Shown here piece after piece: positions 11,961 to 22,836 of a stretch of DNA of 64,000 nucleotides. This stretch comes from Leucoraja ocellata. Lineage: Eukaryota. Position numbers and translations under genes: made by a program. The stretch covers positions 5,332,001 through 5,396,000 of the forward strand of contig JAWMAR010000145.1 of assembly GCA_036785375.1 (NCBI GenBank). The letters run 5' to 3'. Position 1 is the stretch's first letter. Each line of letters opens with the position of its first letter. Below the pieces are notes generated by a model that worked only from the letters and a program-made list of their open reading frames with translations, did not search any database and was not told the origin of the DNA.

Positions 11961-12305
11961 CAGTCATGGGCTTTAGCACACGACGGACCTTGGATGCAGT
12001 ATTAAAGCTTCTTGTGTTGAACTTGCAGATTCATCAGGTGTTGGTGGAGAATATTTTTCTCCAGATTAGTCATCTTGCCTTTTGAAAGAAGTACTAAACA
12101 CTTACCCTTTATGAAGACATGGGATTCACTTCAGGAACATGCACAGCTTCACAATCTTCTGTGTTATTCTCCACAATGTCACACACAACGATTAAGCTGT
12201 TGACATGAATTTATCCAACTCTTTATAATATAATTATTCGAATCATATACCTACACTATTGTCCAGATGTATGGAATCTTGTCATCTCCAATCTGCCAGG
12301 AGATA

Positions 12306-12615
12306 GGGAGACATGGTGGCACAGCAGAAGAGTTGCTGCCTTACAGCACCAGAGACCCAGGTTTGATCCTGACTACATGTGCTGTATCTAAGGAGTTCTC
12401 CCTGTGACCACGTGGGTTTTCACCGGGTGCTCCGGTTTCCTCCCATGCTCCAAAGACATACAGGTTTGTAGGCTAATTGGCTTGGTAAAATTGTAAATTA
12501 TCCCTAGTGTGTGTAAGATAGTAGTGGTGTACGGGGATCGCTGGCCGGCGTGGACTTGATGGGACGAATGCCCTGTTACTGTGCTGTATTTCCAAACTAA
12601 AAAAAACAAAACTAA
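12306..12615 (+). mobile_element. HE1-type tRNA-derived SINE
   Basis: A-box-like TGGCACAGCAG, B-box-like GGTTTGATCC, central CGTGGGTTTTCACCGGGTGCTCCGGTTTCCTCCCA, tail AAACTAA. Confidence 0.85.
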
Positions 12616-13209
12616 TTCTCAGCATACAGACACTATTTAACAAACTGAATCTCTTCTTCTTGCAGCTTGCGTTATGATGCTTGCTTTATTTTAACTGCCT
12701 TCCTTCATCTTTCCTTGCAAATTGAGTTAAACAAGAATCATCTGTGTTTCTGTATTTCTACAGTAGAGTATTTTGTTCAGGAGTGTGAAATGTTCTGTGT
12801 CAGAGAAGAAAGAGGAGGCTGAGGGTGACCATACTGAGATGTATCATGATCATGAGGGGCACCGATCAAGTAAATGTTCAAGTCAACCTCACCATTCTTT
12901 GCATTGTTCCTCTTTGTATGTTCCTTTAATTCTCTTTGTTGAGAAAAGTTTTTGAGTGCTTTCATACTTTGCATTGCCAAGTACTTCACAAATTAAAAAA
13001 TCTTCACTGCCATCATTGTGCTAGTCCCAAAACATTGTTGCTGCCTCATTCAGCGAGTTTTCGTTCCAGCACTTTGTGTTTTTCTCAGGATATCAACATC
13101 TGCAGATGTTTGTGGTCTCCATTGTGCTTGCTTTCATTTACGTCAATTGTAGAAATTTTACATGGATTCTCTGTATCCATGATTCAGCAATGCATGGGAA
13201 GTTCCTCGA

Positions 13210-13850
13210 ACTACATGACCATATCATTTAAGGCAGAGTTAGGTAAATGATTACAAGATCGTGGAATTGAGAGTTATGGAGTATGGGAGCACTGAAGACA
13301 AAGTGTGGCAAATGTAAATCAGCCATGATCATAGTGAATGGAAGGGAAGGTTTGAAGGTCATAAGGTCATAAGTGATAGGAGTAGAATTACGCCATTCGG
13401 CCCATCAAGTCTATTCTGCCATTCAACCATGACTGATCTATCTCTCCCTCCTAACCCCATTCTCCTGCCTTCTTCTCATAACCTCTGACACCTGTACTAA
13501 TCAAGAATCTATCTATCTCTGCCTTAAAATATCCACTGATGGCCTCCACAGCCTCTGTGGCAAAAAAATCCACAGATTCACCACTCTCTGACTAAATAAA
13601 TTCCTCCTCATCTACTTCCTAAAAGAACATCCTTTAATTCTGAGGCTATGACCTCTAGTTGTAGACTCTCGCAATAGTGGAAACATCCTCTCCACATCCA
13701 CTTTATCCAAGCCTTTCACTATTCTGTACATTTCAATGAGGTCCCCCCTCATTCTTCTAAACTCTGGCGAGTACAGGCACAAGTGCCGACAAACACTCAT
13801 CATAGGTTAACCTAGCCTGATGGATGATGCCTGCTCCTATTTTCCTGCAC
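13210..13850. mobile_element. Nested CR1 fragments: minus-strand copy (13357-13810) inside an older plus-strand 3' end
   Basis: ORF 13612-13803 LYSPEFRRMRGDLIEMYRIVKGLDKVDVERMFPL..TRGHSLRIKG is the CR1 RT C-terminus. Confidence 0.85.
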
Positions 13851-14405
13851 TCCTGTGTTCATATTACACACTTGCCATTGTTAGAATTTCCTTTAGAAGA
13901 TAAATATGTTCTGCAACTTGAATTATAATGTTTTTGGTCCACCCTTCCTTTGTTACAATATGAATGTTAGTTATGGTGTAAACAGTCACCTCATCTCATA
14001 TCATTCAAATACAGATGAGCTTGTTTCATTTTCACATTTGGTGCGAGAATTTGAACCCATGAAATGATTGGGATGCAGGTAGATGAATGGCTTCTATTGA
14101 AGTTTTGGAACTTTAACCATCAACATGACATGTTATTGTTGCATATCTCAGAATGCCTAGAGAAGGATGAAAGATTGTAGGAGCGTACAGTTAAGGTTTG
14201 AGCACAGCGTGTGGTGGCCTTTGAACGCAGTGTCCATTGAGCACAGAATGCAGTGAATAACAAGGACATTTCATTTTTAATATGTATTTATTTAATGTAG
14301 TTTCGGAGTGGTATTTTCTTAACCTTTTACCTTTCACTTGCAGGAATTAAAACTGATAATCCAGTGGGCTGCTTTCATTTGCAGGAATTATGTGTATCAT
14401 CTGCT

Positions 14406-14660
14406 TAGACACAAAATGCTGGAGTAACCCAGCGGGACAGGCAGCATCTCTGGAGAGGAGTGGGTGACATTTCAGGTCGAGACCCTTCTTCAGACAAATG
14501 TCAGGGGAGTGGGCAGGACAGATATAGAATGTAGGCGGAGACCGTAACACTGGTGGGACAACTGGGAACCTCCAGAGATGCTGTCTGTCCTGCCGAGTTA
14601 CTCCAGCATTTTGTGTCTCCCTTCGATTTAAACCAGCATCTGCAGTTCTTTCCTACACAT
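14406..14660. mobile_element. Inverted pair of PLE tails
   Basis: AGACACAAAATGCTGGAGTAAC...GACCCTTCTTCAGAC and the complementary arm TCCAGAGATGCTG...GAGTTACTCCAGCATTTTGTGTCT. Confidence 0.75.
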
Positions 14661-15094
14661 ATCATCTGCTTAATTAGATACCTGGCTAGAAATAGTGATC
14701 AGCTGGAGAAACCCATGATCTGGATTTTGGAGATGGAGACACAACTAATGTTGTTGCAGTCATTTTTTTAATTTGTGGTTTGTGAAGAATGGTAAATTTG
14801 GGATGCAGTCTCCTCATAGCTCGGGAGAGTTCAATCAGAAAGGGGCTGGATGTCTGATATGGGTGGATACATTCAGTATAATGGGTGTGGAGACTGGAGA
14901 ATTTCTGGAGAACAGACCAGACGATTTACACTTCAACAGAGCTGGAGCCAATATTCAAATGGTGGGTTTCCTGGTGTTCTTGGGAAGCGTTTAAACCTGT
15001 TTGACAGAGGAAAGCAGAGCAAAGATTCCGAAAGAATAAAAGCAGAACGGGAAAAATATGACAGATAATTCATGAGAATTTGAAATACAAAGGC

Positions 15095-15238
15095 TTCTCC
15101 CTCTATCTCTCTTTCATGTTATCCTCTCCCTTTCCTTTCCTCTCCATCCTTCCTCTCACTCTCATTTTTCATGCTCTGCCTTTTCTTTCTCTCCAACATC
15201 CCTCTCTCCCCCTCCTTGTGTCTTTATTCCTCTCTCTG

Positions 15239-15273
<35 letters not shown>
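15095..15273. repeat. Pyrimidine-rich tract ending in a (TC)n microsatellite
   Basis: TCTCTCTC run at ~15230-15272. Confidence 0.9.
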
Positions 15274-15519
15274 TTAACAGGCTGTGCATAAAGGTAAATA
15301 CCTAAGTACCATCAATATAATCAACAAGGCAAATGAGCTGAGAACACTGGGAGACAAATGAATGCACAATATTATATTTGTTTAGGAAATGTGTCTTAAA
15401 GAGGGGCAGGGCTGGTCTAACATTTCTGGTTTCTGGGTGTTCAGATAAGACAGGAAGGGACAATTTTAAAAAAGCAGATGCAATGTTGGTTAAAAAAAAA
15501 ATTGCAACTGTAAGAAGGG

Positions 15520-15950
15520 CTAATACAGAGTCAAAGTCTCAGAGTCATACAGGATGGAAACAAGCCCTCTGATCCATATCGACGAAGACGTCCCATCATA
15601 CCTGGTCTGATTGTCCATGCCTGGTCCATATCCCTCTAAACCTTTCTTGTCCATGTATCTGTGCAAATGGTTTTTAAATGTTGTTACTGTACCTATCTCA
15701 ACTATTTCATCTGGCAGCTGAATCCATAGACCCACCAACTTCTGTATGAAAGAGTTGGCCCTCAGGTTCCTATTCCATATGTCCCTTCTTACTTTAAACA
15801 TATGCTCTCGAGTTCTTGATAACCCTATCCTGGGAAAAAATACTGGGCATTCATCTTTCCAATCTGTTCGTGATTTTAAACACCTCTATAAGATCACCCC
15901 CTGAGCTTCCTGTGGTTCAAGGAATAAAGTCCTGTCCTGCCTAACCTCAG
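15520..15950 (-). mobile_element. CR1 LINE 3' fragment
   Basis: LWIQLPDEIVEIGTVTTFKNHLHRYMDKKGLEGYG. Confidence 0.85.
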
Positions 15951-17218
15951 AGTATGATGCTGGCCATATTGCTGCTTGTCATCCATATCAACAACTTGCA
16001 TGAGAATGTACAAGGCGTGATTTAGACTGAAGAAGGCTCCTCGATTCCACCAGCCGGCTTGCAGTGGGGATTAAACTGTAGCTCACTGTGACCCCTGGGT
16101 CAAGTCCCAGGTTGATGCAGGACCTCCAGCAGGCCTCACACTGCCTTCCTCAGCTGGTGCAGGGCCTCCAGCAGGCCTCACACTGCCTTCGTCAGCTGGT
16201 GCGCTCACCGGCCCTTGGCCCGACTCCCTCCTCTCCGGTCCACAAGGCGAGCAGAGGTCGGGCTCAGCGGCACCCTGTCCGGGCTGGTTCACGGTACTGC
16301 AGCAGTGAGCCAGGCCTGTTTCCGGGCATGGCCGAGCGGAGCTGTGGCTTGTTGGCAGATCACCTTTTGATCCATAGAACATCTGCAGCTCCTTTTGTCT
16401 CCAAGGTGAAGGAGTATCAGTAGGAGAGCTTCCACATGGTAGTGATCATATTACAGTTATATTTAGTGTATATATGCAATAGGAGGAAAGATTTGTAATG
16501 GGGTAAGGATGATTTTGAGTCATCATTTAGAATAAGTGGAGTAGAAACTGCCGCTTGAAGCTAAATCAATGGGGGGCATTTAGGAAGTGGGTTTAATAGC
16601 ACAGGGTGAATATGCTTCCACAAACAAATAGGGACTGAAGCATCTAGACCTCCCGCGATGAAGTAAGGTGCAAAAGAAAGGTTTCCTCAGAAAACTTTTA
16701 GCATGCAAAAACATTACCAGGAAACAAACAAAAACATTCAAAGATGTACACAATTGCTCCTGGAAGAAGTGCACGATCTTCTCTATTCCTGGGAATCTCT
16801 GGCACATAAGTTCATAGGACATTGGAGCAGAATGAGGTAATTCGGCCCATCGAGTCTCAATGATGCCTCATGACCACTGAGGAAGATTCTTCATTTCCAT
16901 AGTAACTTCATGTCACCTCGGTACCCACAGAGTGGGGAATTGAATAAGTCACCCTTCATCCAAGGCACTGCTTAAGAAGAAGAATATAGCAATTTCAGAA
17001 AGGCTTTTGGCAAAATCCCCTGAGGCAGGTAAGTGAAAAAATCCAGAGCAAATTGGTTCCAAAACTGGCTGTGCAGTAGTAAGATAAAGATAATGGTTGA
17101 CATATGTTTGGTCACTAGTAGGTTATTATCAATGGGATTCCATAGGGGTCAGTTTACCATTTTATTTTGTAATACATATTAATGGTGTAGTTCTATTTTG
17201 TTTCATTCTATTACAGTT

Positions 17219-17507
17219 GGGCGTTACGGTGGCACAGTGGTTAAGCTACTTCCTTACAGCGCCAATGAACCAGGTTCGGTCCTGACTATAGGCGCTTGTC
17301 TGTATGGTGTTTCATATTCTCCCATGATCTGCGTGGGTTTTCTCCGAGATCTTCGGTTTCCTCCCATCCTCCAAAGGTTTGTAGGTTAATTAGTTTGGTA
17401 TGAAATGTAAAAAATTGTCCCTTGTGTGTAGGGTAGTGTTAACGTGCGGGGATCGCTGGTCAGTGCGGACTCGGTGGGCCGAAGGGCCTGTTTCCACGCT
17501 GTATCAT
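17219..17507 (+). mobile_element. HE1-type tRNA-derived SINE
   Basis: GGTGGCACAGTGGTT...GGTTCGGTCC...GCGTGGGTTTTCTCCG...GGGCCGAAGGGCCTGTTTCC. Confidence 0.85.
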
Positions 17508-17725
17508 TAAACTAAACTAAACTAAACTAAACTAAACTAAACTAAACTAAACTAAACTAAACTAAACTAAATTAAACTAAATTTAACTTAACTTAACTAA
17601 ACTAAACTAAACTAAACCAAACCAAACCAAACCAAACTAAATTAAACTAAACGAAACTAAACGAAACTAAACTAAACTAAACTAAACTAAACTAAACTAA
17701 ACTAAACTAAACTAAACTAAACTAA
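17508..17725 (+). repeat. (AAACT)n pentanucleotide microsatellite, expanded SINE tail
   Basis: About 220 bp of ACTAA units with AAACC/AAACG/AAATT variants. Confidence 0.97.
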
Positions 17726-17774
17726 GCCTGAATATAGGAGGTGCAATAAAGAAGTCTACAAATAAACCTTTACC

Positions 17775-18085
17775 GATCTGAGTCTTGTACCCGGAGCAGG
17801 GGAATCAAAAACCAGGGGACATAGGCTTTAACTGATGTGGGCAAGATTTAATAGGAACCTGAGTGCACCTTTCTCGCATGGAGGGAGGTGGATATATGGA
17901 ACAGGCTGCCAGAGGAGGTAGTTGATGCAGGTACTAAAACAGTATTTGAAAGACATTTGGACAGGTACATGGATAAGAAATTTTTTGAGGGATATGGACC
18001 AAGCATTGGCATGTGTAGATGGGGTGGCTTGGTCAGCACAAGTAGGTTGGATCAAAGAACCTGCTTCCATGCTGTATGACTATGA
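17775..18085 (+). mobile_element. CR1 LINE 3' fragment
   Basis: IWNRLPEEVVDAGTKTVFERHLDRYMDKK. Confidence 0.88.
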
Positions 18086-18879
18086 TTCTAACAAAAAATG
18101 ATTGTGCGATTGTGCGAGTATAGCTATAAACTGAAGAAAGCTATATGGATGATTCAGCTAGTCGAACAGCAAAACTCTAACGCAGCCTCAATTTGGTCAA
18201 ATAGATTACTGGTCATTAATTCTGTAGCTGCTAAGATATGATTTCTAATTGTCCAGTTGAACTCTTTGGATTCTGGTGAGCAAGAATGATATGCAATCTA
18301 CATTAATTGAACAGCCAGTCTGCAGGTATGCAATTTCCAAATAGCTGAAAGTGAATCACCCTAAATGGGTGCACAGAAGGACCCATCATGTTTGGAAATC
18401 CATCCGACTTAGCAAAAGCATTTAGCAGTTCCATTCACATTCACCTGCTCATTCCAAGTAAATGTCAACTACTATTGCTGAAGATTGCACATTGAACTGA
18501 TCCCAGCACACAATGAGCTAATTGTTGTCTGTAACATTGAGTAACAAAAGATGTATATATGTTGGTACACCAGGTCAGCACTGGAGTCAAGTGTCAAGAG
18601 TGCTTTATTATCCTATGTCCCAAAAGAGAACAATCACATTTTTACTCGCAACAACACAACAGGAATGTGAACACAGTATTCCGTAGGAAGGTTCTATCTT
18701 ACGCCTTGGTTGTTCTGATGCTCTTTGAATCAAATGTTTTCAATCAATATGAATGTCATCAACAATGTGAATGGACAACAATGCCACTTACTTTTATAAA
18801 CTTGCTCACCACTAATTGGTTTCAGGTTTAACAACCTCAACTTCAGACCCCATTTTAGCCCTGATACAAACACTGAACT

Positions 18880-19250
18880 TATAAAGGCGTGTAAAATCAA
18901 GAGAGGAATAGATCAGGTAGATGCACAGACACTCTTGGCCAGAGTAGGTGAATCGAGGACCAGAGGACATAGGTTTAAGGTGAAGGGGAAAAGATTTAAA
19001 AGGAATTTGAGAGGTAACTTTGTCACACAAAGGGCGGTAGGTGTACGGAACAAGCTCCCAGATAAGGTGGTTGAGGCATGGACTATCCCAACATTTACAA
19101 ACAGTTAGACAGGTACATGGATAGGACAGGTTTGGAGGGATATGGGCCAAATGCGGGCAGGTGGGACTAGAGTATCTGGGACACGTAGGCCGGTGTGGGC
19201 AAGTTAGGCCAAAGGGCCTGTTTATTCCACACTGTGTGACTATGACTATA
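18880..19250 (+). mobile_element. CR1 LINE 3' fragment
   Basis: ESRTRGHRFKVKGKRFKRNLRGNFVTQRAVGVRNKLPDKVVEA; tail TGACTATGACTAT. Confidence 0.88.
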
Positions 19251-19277
19251 ATTAAATAAATAGCTGAATAGTGAGGA

Positions 19278-20750
19278 CAACACAAAGTGCTGGAGTAACT
19301 CTGTGGATCAGGCAGCATTTCTAGAAAACGTGGATAGGTGATGTTTCGAATTGGGGCCTTTCTTCTGACTGATGGTGGTGGAAGGGGGTGGGGGGTGGAA
19401 GAAAGCTGGAAGAGAAGGGGGGCAGGACATAACCTGGGAGATACTAGATGGATTCGGGCAAGAGTTTATTTTTTTAATAGGCTTTTTAAAATGGTTTTAT
19501 CCTTGTTCCAACTGTTGTAAGGGGGATCGAGAGCAGAACTACATCCACAGAGGAGATACAGGTGAGGGATCCATCTATGACAGCAGATGCAAAACCATGT
19601 TTACTAATGAATGAGAACATCTTGGCTACCCTGGAATGGAAAGCCTTATCTTGGGAATAGATGCGATGGAAATTGAGAAATTGAGAGTAGGAGATAGTGT
19701 CTTTACAAGAGAAAGGGTGGGAGGAGGTGTTGTCCAGATAGCTGTGGGATTCGATAGGTCTGCAGTAGACATGAGTCTGTCACCTGTGATGGAGACAGAG
19801 AGTTCAAAAAAGGAGGACGAGCTGTAAAAGATAGTCCAAATTAATTTGTGAGCAAGTTGGAAGTTAGCAGTAAAGTTAATCAATACGTTTTTCCCTGGTG
19901 CAGGATTCTCCTCCGATGTAGTCATCCATGTAGGGGAGAATGAGATGTGGGATGGTGCTGGTGTACATTTGGAACAAGAACTGTTCAATGTAACCAACAA
20001 AAAGGCAGGCATTGTTGGGGCCCATGTGAGTGCCCGTGGCTACACCTATAACTTGGAGAAGTGAGAGGATTGAAAAGGGAAGTTTTCCAGGGTGAGGACA
20101 AGTTCAATCAGGCAGAGGATAGTGTTTGTAGGAGGAAATTGATTGGGTCCATGTTCAAGGAAGAACTGGAAGGTCTTGAGACCAACCTGGTGGGGGATGG
20201 AGTGTAAATGGGCTGAATGTCTCTCGTAAATGTTGAGGCAGTGTGGGTCTAGAAATTGAAAGTTATTGAAGAGTTGAAGGACGTAAGGGGTCTCAATGTA
20301 GGTGGGATGGGACTGGACAAGAATGGATAGGATGGAATCAAGTTATTTGGAGATGAATTCTGAGGGTCAAGAGCAGGCACAAACAATGTGTATGCAAGGG
20401 CAATCCTGTTTGTGGATATTGGGAAGGAGATAGCAGCAGGTAATGAGGGGCTTGGTGAACAATAACGTTGGAGGCAGTGGAGTGGAGATTGCCAGAGGTG
20501 ATGAGATCAGAAACAACCTCGGAGATGATGGTCCGGTGATCATCAGTGGGCTTAGGTATGAGGAGAAGTTTGAAAGCTGGCAGCTGGCCTCAGCACACTA
20601 GTGGTTAGCCTGGCAGACAGCACCAGTACCTCCCTTATTGGCAAGGTTAATATTACTGTTGGGATTGGTGCTGAGTGAGCAGAAGGCTGTGTGTTCAGAG
20701 TGGGTGAGATTGGACTGGGTAATGTGAGTGGAGAAGTCAAGATGGTTGAT
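19278..20750 (-). mobile_element. Degenerate Penelope-like retroelement (RT region plus terminus)
   Basis: Minus frames give GVATGTHMGPNNACLFVGYIEQ, INFTANFQLAHKLIWTI..FFELSVSITGDRL and SHSYLDNTSSHPFSCKDTISYSQFL, typical of PLE reverse transcriptases; PLE tail at 19278-19370. Confidence 0.8.
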
Positions 20751-20764
20751 GTTGCATCCGTGTC

Positions 20765-21570
20765 ATGGAGTTATAGATTCATACTGAGTGGAAATAGGCT
20801 CTTCAGCCCAACTTGCCCACACTGGCCAACATGTCCCAGCTACAGTAGTCCCACCTGCCTGCATTTGGCTCATAGCCTCTAAAACTTATCGTATCCATGT
20901 ATCTGTCTAGTTGTTGCGATAGCCCCTGCCTCAGCTACCTCCTCTGGCAAACCTTTCTATACACCCACCATCCTTTGTGTGTTACCCCTCAGATTCCTAT
21001 TAAATCTTTTCCCCTTCAACTTAAACCTATGTCTTCTGGACCTCAATTCCCTTATTCTGGGCAAGAGACTCTGTGCAGCTACACGATTTATTCCTCTCAT
21101 GATTTTATACACCTCTGTAAGATCACTCCTTATCCTCCTGCACTCCAAGGAATAGAGCCCCAGTGAATAGTGAAAGGCTTGCATCGAATAGCAAAAGGCC
21201 TGGATAGAGTGGATGTGGAGAGGATGCTTCCACTTGAGGGAGAGTCCAGGACCTGAAGTCATAGGCAGAATTAAAGGACGTTCCTTTAGGAAGGAGATGA
21301 GGGGACATTTATTTAGTGAGAGGGTGATGAATTTGTCTAATTCATTGCCACAGAAAGCTGTGGAGGTCATCAATTGATATTTTGAAGGCAGAGATTAATG
21401 ATTAGTACAGGCGTCAAGGGTTATGGGGAGAATGGTTTTAAGACGGAAAGATAAATCAACCATGATTGGACTGCAGAGTAGACTTGATGGGCCGAATGGC
21501 CTAATTCTGCTCCTATCACTTATGAACATGAACTCAACCTCTCCCTATAGTTCAGACCCTCAAGTCCAAT
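20765..21570. mobile_element. Nested CR1 fragments (minus 20765-21160, plus 21165-21530)
   Basis: GLYSLECRRIRSDLTEVYKIMRGINRV on minus; GLDRVDVERMLPL on plus. Confidence 0.85.
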
Positions 21571-22707
21571 GATTGGAAGGAAAATAGTCCAAAGATGGTA
21601 GACAGTCAGCAACTGGTGAAACTCAACTCCATCCAGGACAGCAGACCACTCGACTGGCATGCTGTCCACCATCTTAAACATTCATCTCCTCCACCACTGA
21701 TGCACAGTAGCTTCCAGTATATTTTCACTAACTCACGCCCACTAGTCTGACAGCACCACCAGAACCCACGACCTTTACCGTCACCACGAACAAGAGCCTC
21801 AGACACATGGGAACACCACCACTAATATATGTTCTCCCGCAATTAGTTTGTTATCTGACTTGGAAATATTCTACCATTTGTGCTGTTGAGCTTTGACTCC
21901 CACCCAGTACCACAGTGCGAAGGACAGCAGCAATCTTCTCAAAACTCTTAGGCTGGACAATAAATGTTAGGCCCGTCAGAGATATCCACGTCTGCAAATT
22001 TAATAAAAGGATGGATCATTTAAATCACATTTTCCGCCGCTATAAATTGGTAGCAACATAAAGTTCAATTCATTTCATTTCTAGATTACTCCCTTTGTGC
22101 ATATTTGGCTTCTTCAATTTAAAAAAAGAATCTCGACCATGTTCGCAAGTTTCATCAACAAATGTTGAATTTGCAGATGCGAATTCTCCATGTATCCTAA
22201 GCTCCTACTATTAGATTGAAGGCTCTTGGTAATCTTGATGAAGAAACGTTTCTGCGTTCTCTCTGTTCTCTCCCGGGTTTTGCCCAATAGACTCCAACAG
22301 TTCAATGTAACTAAACTGTAAATACACACTGGTAAACCACGGAGTTTCTGTGCAGCTTCCTGCACACCTTCTCCTCTAGACGGTAGCAGTGAACTTTCTC
22401 CGAGGACATTAACTTTCATTGATCTGCCAATACGGATTTTAAATCCTGACTTTGCAACCCGTGCCATTCAGGAAGGGGCCATTTCCTTCTGCCACGCTCA
22501 TTTGCAGCGAATCGAGTCAAATGTCTAGGATTTAAAGGAATATAAAATCCTAGAGAAACTCATGTGTTACTCCAGCACGCTGTGTCTGTTTTTTATTTGG
22601 TAACCAGCCTCTGCAGTTTCTTGTTTCTAGCATTTAGAGTCACTTTATAAAACCGCAGGGAATAACGAGTGATGTTGTTGTAATCAAAATACATGACAGT
22701 AAATCAA

Positions 22708-22836
22708 CTATGGGGTTATGGGGAGAAGGAAGGAGAATGTGGTTAGGAAGGAGAGATAGATCAACCATGATTGAATGGCGGAGACTTGATGGGCCGAATG
22801 GCCTAATTCTCCTCCTATCACGTATGACCTTATGAG
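22708..22836 (+). mobile_element. CR1 3' UTR tail
   Basis: GGGTTATGGGGAGAAGG...GACTTGATGGGCCGAATGGCCTAATTCT, as at 21420-21520. Confidence 0.8.

Noticed and set aside
12306-12375. tRNA-like heads with A and B boxes (also 17219, 47024, 50874, 59047)
   Set aside because: They continue into HE1 SINE bodies and are not tRNA genes.
17508-17725. Regular repeat array (CRISPR-like or telomeric?)
   Set aside because: Simple 5-mer SINE tail with no spacers; not TTAGGG.
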